This document shows, piece after piece, positions 9,112 to 18,210 of a stretch of DNA of 64,000 nt (position 1 is the first letter of the stretch; each line of letters opens with the position of its first letter). The stretch is from the NCBI GenBank assembly GCA_035631315.1, contig DASQIZ010000116.1:21189-85188 (forward strand), written 5' to 3'. Under the pieces are notes generated by a model that searched no databases, was not told the origin of the DNA, and saw only the letters and a program-made list of their open reading frames with translations. The DNA comes from Gemmatimonadales bacterium. Its GTDB lineage: Bacteria; Gemmatimonadota; Gemmatimonadetes; Gemmatimonadales; GWC2-71-9. The position numbers and the translations under genes were made by a program.

Positions 9112-9875
9112 TTCCCACCGTCGATCGAAAGCACTTGGCCGGTGATCCAGCCGGCATGGTCGGATGCGAAAAACAGTACGCCCCACGCGATGTCGTCCGG
9201 CGAGCCCAGGCGCTTGAGGGCGATGCGATCGACGAGTGCTCGCTGGCCCTCGGCCCCATACGAGTCCCACTGGGCCTCGGTGGTCCGGTTCGATCGCACG
9301 AACCCGGGCGCGATGTTGTTGACCGTGATGCCCCAGGGTCCCAGCTCGTGGGCCAACTGCCGGGTGAGCCCGATCTGCGCCGCCTTGGCCGACGCGTAGG
9401 CCTGAATCCCCGTCAGGCTGACGCCGAGCCCGGCGCCACTCGAGATGTTGACGATCCTTCCGTAGCGCTTGGCCTTCATTCCGGGTGCCACTGCCTGCGC
9501 CATGAAGAACGCACCGGTGGTGTTCACGTCGAAAACCACCTGCCATTGATCGGGTGTGACCTCCTCGAGAGGCCGTCCCACCTGACCGAGTACGCCGCCG
9601 GCGTTATTCACGAGGATGTCCACTGACCCGGCGGCCCGCGCAGCATCGGCGACGAAGCGGCCCACCGCCTCCCGGTCGCGCACGTCCACCCGCCCCACTC
9701 GGCACGTGCCACCCGCCGCCTGACATAGCCGTGCGGTCTCCTGGAGCTCATCGTCGATGACGTCACACGCCCACACGCTCGCTCCGCGCTCGGCGAACGC
9801 GATGCTGATGGCCCGGCCGAATCCGTGCGCCGCGCCGGTGACGATCGCGGTCCTGCCCTCGAAGCGGAGGTTCAT
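9108..9875 (-). CDS. SDR family oxidoreductase
   Basis: TGAAHGFGRAI (Rossmann glycine motif), NNAG and YASAKAA (catalytic YxxxK). 255 aa classical SDR. Confidence 0.9.
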   Translation of the reverse strand: MNLRFEGRTAIVTGAAHGFGRAISIAFAERGASVWACDVIDDELQETARLCQAAGGTCRVGRVDVRDREAVGRFVADAARAAGSVDILVNNAGGVLGQVGRPLEEVTPDQWQVVFDVNTTGAFFMAQAVAPGMKAKRYGRIVNISSGAGLGVSLTGIQAYASAKAAQIGLTRQLAHELGPWGITVNNIAPGFVRSNRTTEAQWDSYGAEGQRALVDRIALKRLGSPDDIAWGVLFFASDHAGWITGQVLSIDGGK

Positions 9876-10897
9876 GCAGCCGACATGACTCCGGCGAGCG
9901 CGTCCAGGGTCTCGAGTGATTGCGGGCGCTTCCCCCCCTCGATGTCGTGAATGAGCTCCACCACCTTCGCGGCCAGGGGTGTCGGCACGCCCGCCTCCCG
10001 CCCCAGCGTCACGACGATGCCGAGCTGCGCGTCCACTTCGGTGGGACGCTTGCGGACCGCGAGGTCCCGCCAGATGCCCGAGTGCGTCTTCGCCGACTTG
10101 CGGTTGTGGGCGACCAGCGCGTCGAGAGAACGTTCCGCCGCGCCGGCGGGGGCATTCGGGAGATAGGCACCCGGGTCGAAGCCGTCGAACGCCTCCGGCG
10201 TGACCTTTCGGGCGGCACCCACGGCAAGCATCTCGCGAGCCAGCGCGATGTAGAGGCCCCGGTATTCGGGGCGTGCCAGGCAGTCGGCGATGGAGTCATT
10301 GGTGAGCGCGGTGGCAAAGAGCATCGCACCATACGCCTCCTTCCCCCACAGATAACCCCAGATGTTCGGCGTAGCGGTGGCCCGCTCGTCGAAGTCGCGC
10401 CAGGCATCGCGAATGGCGAGCACGCGAGGGGTCACCCGCACCGCCCCGAACGCTTCGCCCACCATCACCGTCCCGCGGCCGCCGTACATGATGTGACCGG
10501 GCTCCATGTAGTCCGCGCCGAAGTTCACGAAGGCGCCCACCGTGCGTTGCTCGCCAATCACCCCTGCGATGGACAGCTCGTTCAATCCGTTCTGGACGGA
10601 TATCACGCAACCGCCCGCCGAGAGATGCGGAACGAGAGCGCGGACGGCGGCACCGGTGTGATGCGCCTTGGTCGCGAGCATGATGGTGTCCCAGGTGCCG
10701 CGCAGCGCGTCGGGAGTGAATGCCGGGGCCGACGCGGTAAAGTCCACGATGGGTCCCGAAATCCGGAGCCCTCGGGTCTGCATCGCCGCGACGTGGTCGG
10801 TCACGGTGTCGACGAACGTGATGTCATGGCCGGCACGCACGAGGTGGGCGCCAAGCGTGCCGCCCATCGCACCGGCACCCCAGACGAGCGCGCGCAT
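9872..10897 (-). CDS. ketopantoate reductase (PanE/ApbA) family oxidoreductase
   Basis: Start trimmed to ATG 10895-10897, MRALVWGAGAMGGTLGAHLVRAGHDITFVD (GxGxxG NAD(P) fold). C-terminal helical domain ends ...PTPLAAKVVELIHDIE. ATGA overlap with the SDR start at 9872-9875. Confidence 0.85.
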   Translation of the reverse strand: MRALVWGAGAMGGTLGAHLVRAGHDITFVDTVTDHVAAMQTRGLRISGPIVDFTASAPAFTPDALRGTWDTIMLATKAHHTGAAVRALVPHLSAGGCVISVQNGLNELSIAGVIGEQRTVGAFVNFGADYMEPGHIMYGGRGTVMVGEAFGAVRVTPRVLAIRDAWRDFDERATATPNIWGYLWGKEAYGAMLFATALTNDSIADCLARPEYRGLYIALAREMLAVGAARKVTPEAFDGFDPGAYLPNAPAGAAERSLDALVAHNRKSAKTHSGIWRDLAVRKRPTEVDAQLGIVVTLGREAGVPTPLAAKVVELIHDIEGGKRPQSLETLDALAGVMSAA

Positions 10898-10908
10898 CGG
10901 ATTCGCGC

Positions 10909-11601
10909 TCAGTCGCCACCCCACTTGCCGTCCAGCAGCGCGCGTGTCTCCTCGACCGCAGTCTGCCAGATGGCGAGAACATCCTGGTCGGGACGCTGGT
11001 AGAAACCGCCGAAGTTGCCGTCGGGGATGTAGCCGCGCACACCGGCGGGGTCGAGCATGCGCATCTTCTCCATATCGATCATGGGACGCTGCGTCCTGGG
11101 CATGTCGACACCGGGGACGCGGGTCCAGGGGAAGTTCTCCATCCACGACCCGTGTGACGCCATCGTGTCAATCGTCTGGACTTTAGCCCAGGTCTTCGGC
11201 GCATTCCACCAGTTGTGGAAGAGCACCCGGCAGCCCGGATGGTCGGCCGCCCATTCCTGCGAGAGCTGCTGCGCCGCGCCATTCCCGCCGTGGCCATTGC
11301 AGATCATGATGCGCCGGAATCCCGCGTGTGCCATGCCGTCGAGGATATCCCGAATCACGGCCAGGTGGGTTTCGACGCGCAGCGAAATGGACCCGGGGAA
11401 CTCACGGAAGTACGGCGTCACGCCGTACGACAGCACCGGAAACACGGGAATGCCCAGCGGCTCGGCCGCTTCGGCGGCCACGCGCTCGGGGAGAATGCAA
11501 TCGACGGTGAGACGGAGGTAGCTGTGCTGCTCCGTGCTGCCGATCGGGAGCACGGCGCGATCGTCGCGCTCGAGATATGCGTCCACCTGCATCCAGTTCA
11601 T
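10909..11601 (-). CDS. creatininase-family amidohydrolase
   Basis: MNWMQVDAYLERDDRAVLPIGSTEQHS...RIMICNGHGGN matches the creatininase family. ATG at 11599-11601, with a GTG alternative at 11616. It ends 11 nt before the KPR-family gene. Confidence 0.85.
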   Translation of the reverse strand: MNWMQVDAYLERDDRAVLPIGSTEQHSYLRLTVDCILPERVAAEAAEPLGIPVFPVLSYGVTPYFREFPGSISLRVETHLAVIRDILDGMAHAGFRRIMICNGHGGNGAAQQLSQEWAADHPGCRVLFHNWWNAPKTWAKVQTIDTMASHGSWMENFPWTRVPGVDMPRTQRPMIDMEKMRMLDPAGVRGYIPDGNFGGFYQRPDQDVLAIWQTAVEETRALLDGKWGGD

Positions 11602-11738
11602 GTCGCTGATCCGCACGTCGTCGCCCTGGCTTGAGGTCGGCGAGAATGTACCGCGCGGGCCAGTCGCTCGCCGCCATGGGCCATGCGGTTTGTGCCCCGG
11701 AATCCCCAGCATTTCGCGGGGGGCGTGCGTAGCGGCCC

Positions 11739-11765
11739 TGTCACAGTCCGTGGGTCTGTCTGGTC
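11739..11765 (+). promoter_or_regulatory. candidate ECF41-type promoter
   Basis: TGTCACA (11739-11745), 16 nt, GGTC (11762-11765). The ECF41 target motif as I recall it is TGTCACA-N16-CGTC. It lies 12 nt upstream of the sigma ATG. Confidence 0.45.
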
Positions 11766-11776
11766 ATATTCAGCAA

Positions 11777-12679
11777 ATGGACAGCTCTGACGACCGCGAC
11801 GGACAGTTCACGGCCAACCGGCCCCTCCTCTTCGCCATCGCCTACCGCATGGTCGGCACGGTGATGGACGCGGAGGACCTGGTGCAGGACGCCTACCTCC
11901 GCTGGAAGGAAGCGTCCGAGGCGGACGTCCGATCGCCCGCCGCCTACCTCACCACCATCATCACCCGGCTCGCCATCAACTTCCTCGGCTCCGCCCGGAA
12001 CCGGCGGGAAGCGTATGTCGGACCCTGGCTTCCGGAGCCGCTCGTGACCGATCCATCCCCCGACGCCGAGGCGTCCGTCGAGCTGGCTGAGTCCCTGTCG
12101 CTGGCCTTCCTCGTGATTCTCGAGCGCCTCGCCCCGGTCGAGCGCGCGGTCTTCTTGCTCCATGACGTCTTTGATCTCGAGTACGACGAGATCGCCCGCA
12201 TCGTCGAGAAGACCGGGACGAACTGCCGCCAGATCCTGTCGCGGGCCCGCGAGCGCGTCGGGGCCGAGCGTCCCCGCTTCGATGCCGACATCGAACGCGC
12301 GGAGGCACTGGTGGAGCGGTTCAATCAGGCGGCGGGAACCGGGGATCTCGAGGGACTCGTCGCGATGCTGGCCGAGGACATCACGCTGTGGGTGGATGGC
12401 GGCGGAAAGGCGAAGGGAGCCCTGCCGAAACCCGTGCACGGCAACACGCCGGTGGCGAAGGTCGTGATCAATACGATGAAGCGTCTGGCGCCCGAGGGAA
12501 TCGCCTTCCGGATGGCTCGCCTCAACGGCCGTCCCGGGCTGATTGCGTATGGCGCGGGCGAAGCACAGTCGGCCGTGATTTTCGAGGTGGGGCCCGAGCG
12601 CATCGAGAACATCTACGTCGTCGCCAACCCGGACAAGCTGCGGGGTATACGGCAAGGGATGAACAGTGCGAGGCCGTAG
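11777..12679 (+). CDS. ECF sigma factor, SigJ/ECF41 type with fused C-terminal SnoaL-like domain
   Basis: Start trimmed to ATG 11777. Region 2 is LLFAIAYRMVGTVMDAEDLVQDAYLRW, region 4 is AVFLLHDVFDLEYDEIARIVEKTGTNCRQILSRAR, followed by a ~100 aa C-terminal extension. Confidence 0.85.
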   Translation: MDSSDDRDGQFTANRPLLFAIAYRMVGTVMDAEDLVQDAYLRWKEASEADVRSPAAYLTTIITRLAINFLGSARNRREAYVGPWLPEPLVTDPSPDAEASVELAESLSLAFLVILERLAPVERAVFLLHDVFDLEYDEIARIVEKTGTNCRQILSRARERVGAERPRFDADIERAEALVERFNQAAGTGDLEGLVAMLAEDITLWVDGGGKAKGALPKPVHGNTPVAKVVINTMKRLAPEGIAFRMARLNGRPGLIAYGAGEAQSAVIFEVGPERIENIYVVANPDKLRGIRQGMNSARP

Positions 12680-12755
12680 ACCCCGCTGTCACAACTGACG
12701 CACCTCACGGGTCATCAGGGTGACATCACGAACGCACTCTGAACTGGAGCGTCAC

Positions 12756-13316
12756 ATGGAAACCTACCTGCCCCCGATCGAGCGCCCGCACGGCCTCGTC
12801 ATGAAGCTCGTCTACGCGCTGGCCAAGCGGCGCTTCGGCCAGGTGCTCACCCCCCTCAAGGTGTTCTCGGCACGGATGCCGCTCGCCTTCGGGACATGGG
12901 TCGGAAAAGTGTCCCAGCTCGACAACAGGCTCTCCATCCCCACCGAGCTGGTGCACCTGATCCGACAGCAGGTCGCCCAGATCAATGTCTGCGAATTCTG
13001 CATCGACATCGGTCGCTGGGCGGCAATGCAGGCCTCCGACTCCACCGGCAAGCTCGACGCCCTGGCCGAGTTCGAGACGAGCCCGGTCTTCTCGGATGCC
13101 GAGCGCGCCGCGCTCAACTACGTGACGCACCTGACCCGTTTCAAGAAGGTCTCCCCCGCCGTCTTCAACCGGATGGCGGAGCACTTTTCGGATCGGGAGA
13201 TCTGCGACATCACCTGGGTCGTGGCGAGCGAGCACGTCTACAACATCTCGAACATCGGGTTGAACATTCATTCGGATGGGTTGTGCCGGGTTCCAGCAGC
13301 TGCCGGCGCGGCGTAA
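12756..13316 (+). CDS. carboxymuconolactone decarboxylase (AhpD-like) family protein
   Basis: ATG 12756 is preceded by GGAG. The CEFC motif within INVCEFCIDIGRWAA and the overall length fit the CMD family. It sits directly downstream of the ECF41 sigma. Confidence 0.8.
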   Translation: METYLPPIERPHGLVMKLVYALAKRRFGQVLTPLKVFSARMPLAFGTWVGKVSQLDNRLSIPTELVHLIRQQVAQINVCEFCIDIGRWAAMQASDSTGKLDALAEFETSPVFSDAERAALNYVTHLTRFKKVSPAVFNRMAEHFSDREICDITWVVASEHVYNISNIGLNIHSDGLCRVPAAAGAA

Positions 13317-13410
13317 AGCCGCATCTCGCGCCGTCATAGGCGATGCCGGGGGTCATCACCCAGGGCGGTGTCGGCGTACTATTCGAGAGCCTACTTCCGG
13401 AGCGTCACCG

Positions 13411-13839
13411 ATGCCCTATCGCCTCTTGCTCGCGTCCGCCGTGCTGTGTCTCTGCACTGCCGCGATCCCGAACCCCCCGCTGACCGACCAGAAAACGGTC
13501 GAGACGCTCGAGAAACAGTGGCTCGCCGGCGAGCACGACCGGTCAGCCCTGGATACGATCCTCGCGGCCGACTTTGTGCACCCCGTCGCGGCCGGGGTTT
13601 TCCTCTCCAAAACCCAGCACATCAATTGGGCCGTGACCCATCCGGGCCCCAACGACCGGCAGAAGCTGTTCGATCAGCTGCAGGTCCGGGTGTACGGCTC
13701 GGCGGCCGTGGTCACCGGCATGGTGATCTCGACGGATCAGAAAGGCTCGGAGGAGAAGACGGTCTTTACGGACGTGTTCGCGAAGCGGGGCGGACGGTGG
13801 CAGGCGGTCAACGCGCAGGAGAATCCGGTGGCGCGCTAG
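13411..13839 (+). CDS. secreted DUF4440/SnoaL-like (NTF2 fold) protein
   Basis: ATG 13411 gives MPYRLLLASAVLCLCTAAIP (signal). The body (LEKQWLAGEHDRSALDTILAADFVHP...RGGRWQAVNAQE) is NTF2-like. Confidence 0.65.
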   Translation: MPYRLLLASAVLCLCTAAIPNPPLTDQKTVETLEKQWLAGEHDRSALDTILAADFVHPVAAGVFLSKTQHINWAVTHPGPNDRQKLFDQLQVRVYGSAAVVTGMVISTDQKGSEEKTVFTDVFAKRGGRWQAVNAQENPVAR

Positions 13840-15749
13840 TCGCTCGTGGGAAGGCGTCCGGCATCCAGCACCCCGCGGACCTTCACGGCCAGCTCGTCCG
13901 ACGTGAACGGCTTATGAATGAAGGCGGTGTTCGCGGCGAGCACACCGCGATGGACGACCGCCTCCTCGGTATACCCGGACATGAACAACGACCGCAGCTC
14001 GGGTCGCCGGACCAGCAGATCGTCGGCCAGCCGCCGGCCGCTTTCCCCGGGCAGCACCACGTCCGTCAGTAAGAGATGAATGGGGCCCGGATGAATCTGC
14101 GCGATCCCCGTGGCCGCATCCGCGGTGGCGGCCTCGAGCACCGTGTACCCGTGCTTCTCGAGCAGACGCCTGGTCATGGACCGCAGCTCCGCCTCGTCTT
14201 CCACCAGCAGAATGGTTTCGGTTCCGTGCTTCGGTCCTACCGGAACGGATGCCGTCGCGCGCTCCACCGGGGCATCGACCCTCGGCAGGTACACCTTGAA
14301 TGTGGTCCCCTGTCCCGGCTCGCTGTAGCATTGCACGGCTCCGCCACTCTGCTTCACGATGCCATACACGGTCGCGAGGCCCAGGCCGGTCCCCTTGCCG
14401 GGCTCCTTGGTGGTGAAAAAGGGCTCGAACATGTGGGACATGGTTTCGGCGGACATCCCGATCCCCGTGTCCGACACCGCGACCAGGACGTAGGCTCCCG
14501 GACGGACCGGCACGTGCCCCACGGCGTACGACGCGTCGAGGTCGACGTTCTGTGTTTCGATCGTGAGCTTCCCGCCCTCGGGCATCGCGTCACGCGCATT
14601 CACCGCAAGATTCACCACCACTTGCTCCAATTGTCCCGCGTCGCCCCGCACCGCTCCGATGCCGGGCGCGAGGTTCGTCACCACGTCGATGTCCTCGCCG
14701 AGCAGGCGCCGCAGGAGCCGGTCCATTTCCTTCACGAGGTCGTTCGGATCGAGGACCCGCGTCTCGAGCGGTTGTTTCCGGCTGAAGGCGAGGAGCTGCC
14801 GCGTCAGACCGGTGGCCTTGTTGGCCGCGTTGCGGATCTCTTCGAGATCGGGACGTAAGGGGGAGAGCGCCGGCAATCCGTCCAGCAGGAGGCCCGTGTA
14901 GCCGAGGATGGCCGTGAGCACGTTGTTGAAGTCGTGCGCGACGCCTCCGGCGAGACGACCCACCGCTTCCATCTTCTGGGACTGGACGAGCTGCCGCTCA
15001 AGGGAGCGCCGGTCGGTCACATCGCGCGCATTCAGGACCACGCCGCGGACCACCGGATCGTTCAGGAGATAGCGGCCCGTCACTTCAAGCGTGCGGTACG
15101 TGTTGTCTTTCCGGCAGAGGCGCAGCTCAAGCAGGCGCCCGCCCCGTCCGGTCGCCACACCTTCCGCGAAGGTCCGGAGCGCCGTCTCGGCATCCTCCGG
15201 GTGCACGAGCTCGAGAATCGACCGCCCGACGAGCTCCTCGGGCACGAACCCCAGGACCGCGCGGACCGAAGGACTCGCGTACTTGAGGGCGGCGTCGGCG
15301 TCGAGGACCGCGATGATGTCCTGGGCCTGCTCGATCAGCGCGCGGAAGTACTCTTCGCGCTCCCGCAGCTGCTCCCCCACCCGGCGGCGATCGAGCGCGC
15401 TCAAGATGGCCTGGCCCAGCCGTGCGCGGCGGTCCTTGAGGATGTAGTCGGCGGCTCCCGACTTCATGTACTCCACCGCCGTCTCCTCATCGAGCGACCC
15501 GGTCATGAGAATGAATGGTGCTGGAAATCCGGCGTCGCGCGTCAGTTGAAGCGCCGCTTCGCCGCTGAACTGGGGGAGCTTGTGGTCGGAGATGATGACG
15601 TCGGGGGTGAACTCGTGCAGGGCCGTTCGGAAGTCCACGGGCGTCATGACCCGCCGCAGGGTGAATTCGAGCCCCGACCGCCGGAGCTCGGCCTCGGCGA
15701 GGGCGGCGTCATCGTCGACGTCTTCGACCAGGAGGACGCGGATCGCCAT
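13836..15749 (-). CDS. hybrid sensor histidine kinase (REC-PAS-HisKA-HATPase-REC)
   Basis: N-terminal REC ([10 protein letters not shown]...[10 protein letters not shown]), a PAS region, H-box ([15 protein letters not shown]), G-boxes (DTGIGM, GTGLGL) and C-terminal REC (ILLVEDE...LLLTDVVLP). Confidence 0.9.
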   Translation of the reverse strand: MAIRVLLVEDVDDDAALAEAELRRSGLEFTLRRVMTPVDFRTALHEFTPDVIISDHKLPQFSGEAALQLTRDAGFPAPFILMTGSLDEETAVEYMKSGAADYILKDRRARLGQAILSALDRRRVGEQLREREEYFRALIEQAQDIIAVLDADAALKYASPSVRAVLGFVPEELVGRSILELVHPEDAETALRTFAEGVATGRGGRLLELRLCRKDNTYRTLEVTGRYLLNDPVVRGVVLNARDVTDRRSLERQLVQSQKMEAVGRLAGGVAHDFNNVLTAILGYTGLLLDGLPALSPLRPDLEEIRNAANKATGLTRQLLAFSRKQPLETRVLDPNDLVKEMDRLLRRLLGEDIDVVTNLAPGIGAVRGDAGQLEQVVVNLAVNARDAMPEGGKLTIETQNVDLDASYAVGHVPVRPGAYVLVAVSDTGIGMSAETMSHMFEPFFTTKEPGKGTGLGLATVYGIVKQSGGAVQCYSEPGQGTTFKVYLPRVDAPVERATASVPVGPKHGTETILLVEDEAELRSMTRRLLEKHGYTVLEAATADAATGIAQIHPGPIHLLLTDVVLPGESGRRLADDLLVRRPELRSLFMSGYTEEAVVHRGVLAANTAFIHKPFTSDELAVKVRGVLDAGRLPTSD

Positions 15750-15821
15750 GTGCCCAAACGCTACTGGCCATCAGGCCTTGGCGAAGTCGGGACAAGACCG
15801 GGGTTCCCCCCGGGGGACTAC

Positions 15822-16487
15822 CTAGGACTCAGGACGTACCAGCCCCACCTGGATGGCATACCGCACCAGACCCGCCACTCCGTGAATGTCGAGCCGCTCC
15901 ATGAGCTCGGTACGGTGTGTTTCGACGGTCTTCAAGGCCACGTTGAGGCGTTGAGCAATTTCCTTATTGGAGTGACCCTCGGCGACCAGCTGGAGGACCT
16001 CCCGCTGGCGGGGGGTGAGCGCGGCAAATGGTCCTCCCCCTTCTGCTGGCCGGGCATCCTGGGTGAACACGGCGACCACGCGCTTGGTCAGGGCTGGACT
16101 GAGCCACGTATCGCCCCGCGCCACCGTGCGCAGCGCCATCTCGAGCTCGCCCCGGTCGGAGTTCTTCAGCAGATAGCCCGTCGCACCGGCGGTCAGCGCC
16201 CGCCGCACCGTTTCATCGTCTCCGTGCATCGAGACGATGATGACCCGCGTCGCCGGACGGTCGTGCGCGATCCGCGCCGCGACGTCGAGACCGTTCAGTC
16301 CCGGCATCGAGATGTCGATCATGGCGATGTCGGGTTTTTGCTCCCGAACCAGACGCAAGGCCTCGCGCCCGTCGCCGGTCTCCGCAACGACCTCCACACC
16401 CGGGAGGTCGTTCAGCAGCGCCCGCAGGCCCGCCCGCACCAGCGCATGGTCGTCCGCGAGGAGTACGCGCAGGGGCGCCTCAGCCAT
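15822..16487 (-). CDS. NarL/FixJ (LuxR-type HTH) response regulator
   Basis: REC (VLLADDHALVRAGL...DIAMIDISMPGLNG) plus LuxR HTH (LTPRQREVLQLVAEGHSNKEIAQRLNVALKTVETHR). Confidence 0.92.
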   Translation of the reverse strand: MAEAPLRVLLADDHALVRAGLRALLNDLPGVEVVAETGDGREALRLVREQKPDIAMIDISMPGLNGLDVAARIAHDRPATRVIIVSMHGDDETVRRALTAGATGYLLKNSDRGELEMALRTVARGDTWLSPALTKRVVAVFTQDARPAEGGGPFAALTPRQREVLQLVAEGHSNKEIAQRLNVALKTVETHRTELMERLDIHGVAGLVRYAIQVGLVRPES

Positions 16488-17964
16488 GAGCCGGTCCGCA
16501 GGGAACGCGTGCCCGCACCGTCGTGCCGGCGCCGAGGGTCGACTCGATCTCGAGCGTACCGCCCGCGAGCGCGACCCGCTCCTGCATGCTCGTGAGCCCC
16601 TGGCTCATGCCCTGCGCGGCGCGCCGTCGTGCGGCGGGGACGTCAAAGCCCTGGCCGTCGTCGCGGATCACCAGCGACACCCCACCCTCGACGGGCCGGA
16701 GCTCAACATCCACGGTATGCGCCTTCGCGTGCCGGATGATGTTCGTGAGCGCCTCCTGCGCGACCCGAAAACAGGTCATTTCGACCGCGACCGGCGGACG
16801 CTCCGGAAGCGGTGTGAGGTCGAGCCGGAATGCCAGGCCCGCACGCGTCGCCTCGCGATCCACGTACCAGCTGAGGGACGCCGCCAGCCCCACCTCGTCG
16901 AGCAGGGGTGGGCGGAGATCCTGCGCGAGGTCGCGCATCCGCGCGAGTGCGCCATCCACCAGGGCGATGCTCTCGGGATCGTCGGGGGCTTTCCGCTGGA
17001 GATTGAGCTTGAGCGCGGTCAGCACCTGTCCAAAATCGTCGTGGAGCTCGCGGGCCACGGCGCGGCGTTCCGCTTCCTGCGCCTCGATGAGCCGGCGGGA
17101 CAACGACTCCAGTTGTCGCGCCCGGCGGCCCAGCTCCTCCTCGGCGAGCTTCCGTTCGGTCACGTCCGCGTTGGTGCCGTAGATGCGCAGGGGTTTCCCT
17201 GCTTCATCCCGGACCACCGTCGCCCGGCCGAAAATCCAGTGGACGCTCCCGTCCGGCCAGATCACGCGGTACTCGATGTCCGGGGATCCCGTCCCCGCGA
17301 GAACTTGCTGACGACGGGTCATGACCCAATCCCGGTCGTCGGGGTGGAGGACTTCGGCGTAGTCTTCCAGCCGGTCCCCTTTGGTCCGGTCTTCGCCGAA
17401 GAAGAGCCGGGAATTCGCCGCGGTGTTGATGATCTCGCCGGTGATGAGATCCTGCTCCCATCCGCCGGTCTGGCCGAGGCGCTCCGCGTCGACGAGCAGG
17501 CGTTCCGTCTTCCGGAGTGTCTCCACCGCCCGCAGCCGCTCCGTGACGTCTTCGTTGACGATCACCGCCCCGGTGATCGCGCCCTTGGCATCCCGAATCG
17601 GCGCGGCGTAGTTCTCGATAATCCGATGGTGGCCATCATAGGTCTCGATGTCGATCAGCTCGTCGCGGCTCGTCTCACCCTTCTCAAGTGCCCGATGCGA
17701 CGCCCACTCCTCCGGTTCGATGGCCTTTCGGGTATCGTGCCAGACGCCCTTGCTCTTCGCCCAGCGCTCCGTACCGGACACGATGATGCCCTTCCAGATC
17801 TCCGTGGAGGCTGGATTGTGCAGCACGATGTCTCCCGCTCGATTCATCACGACGACACCGACGGGCAGCGTGTCGAGCACCTGACGGACGAGTAGTCGGC
17901 TCTCCCGCACTTCCTCTTCAGGGGTGAGCGGCGCCGGAGTGTTCGGAAAATTCGTTGCGGACAT
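16480..17964 (-). CDS. PAS-containing sensor histidine kinase (HisKA_3 type)
   Basis: Start trimmed to ATG 17962-17964. Two PAS-like segments, H-box ARELHDDFGQ, and an HATPase with DDGQGF and GGTLEIES. 8-nt overlap with the downstream response regulator gene. Confidence 0.88.
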   Translation of the reverse strand: MSATNFPNTPAPLTPEEEVRESRLLVRQVLDTLPVGVVVMNRAGDIVLHNPASTEIWKGIIVSGTERWAKSKGVWHDTRKAIEPEEWASHRALEKGETSRDELIDIETYDGHHRIIENYAAPIRDAKGAITGAVIVNEDVTERLRAVETLRKTERLLVDAERLGQTGGWEQDLITGEIINTAANSRLFFGEDRTKGDRLEDYAEVLHPDDRDWVMTRRQQVLAGTGSPDIEYRVIWPDGSVHWIFGRATVVRDEAGKPLRIYGTNADVTERKLAEEELGRRARQLESLSRRLIEAQEAERRAVARELHDDFGQVLTALKLNLQRKAPDDPESIALVDGALARMRDLAQDLRPPLLDEVGLAASLSWYVDREATRAGLAFRLDLTPLPERPPVAVEMTCFRVAQEALTNIIRHAKAHTVDVELRPVEGGVSLVIRDDGQGFDVPAARRRAAQGMSQGLTSMQERVALAGGTLEIESTLGAGTTVRARVPCGPAHG

Positions 17965-18104
17965 GACAGACTCGTTCGACAAGGCCCTAATACGTAACAC
18001 GCGGTGCCCGACAACGCAGCACGGCACCATTTGAACGCGTCGACCGCTTCCGCGTCGTGTTGCATCGACCTTCATTTCCCAAGTCCCTACCACTACAGTG
18101 CATA

Positions 18105-18121
18105 TCAGGGTTTCCCTTAGG
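18105..18121. promoter_or_regulatory. recurrent AGGG-N3-CCCT motif, site 3
   Basis: TCAGGGTTTCCCTTAGG. Identical to site 1 at 17 of 20 positions in an ungapped alignment (ATnTCAGGGwTTCCCTTArG). Confidence 0.4.
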
Positions 18122-18210
18122 CACAATAAATGCGGCATCCAAAGGACTTGCTGGCCAATACCACCTCCTATAGCGTTGGCGCTACAGATTTTTCGCCTAA
18201 GGAACGAACG

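Noticed and set aside
6296-9399. Plus-strand ORFs 6296..7822 (508 aa) and 7783..9399 (538 aa)
   Set aside because: They lie opposite the APC permease and the M20 dipeptidase. They are His/Arg/Asp-rich low-complexity translations with no domains and are shadow ORFs.
11626-11640. GG-N10-GC match TGGCTTGAGGTCGGC near the creatininase-family gene start
   Set aside because: It matches only the GG and GC dinucleotides. Such matches are expected by chance in GC-rich DNA, and it lies on the wrong strand for the adjacent operon.
15795-15815. GC hairpin CCGGGG-GGAA-CCCCGG (mRNA sense) downstream of the NarL-type regulator gene
   Set aside because: A 6-bp stem with no U-tract. It could be a weak terminator but is indistinguishable from chance GC palindromes.
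14934-17895. Plus-strand ORFs 14934..16595 (553 aa) and 16237..17895 (552 aa)
   Set aside because: They lie opposite three well-supported two-component genes and are shadow ORFs.
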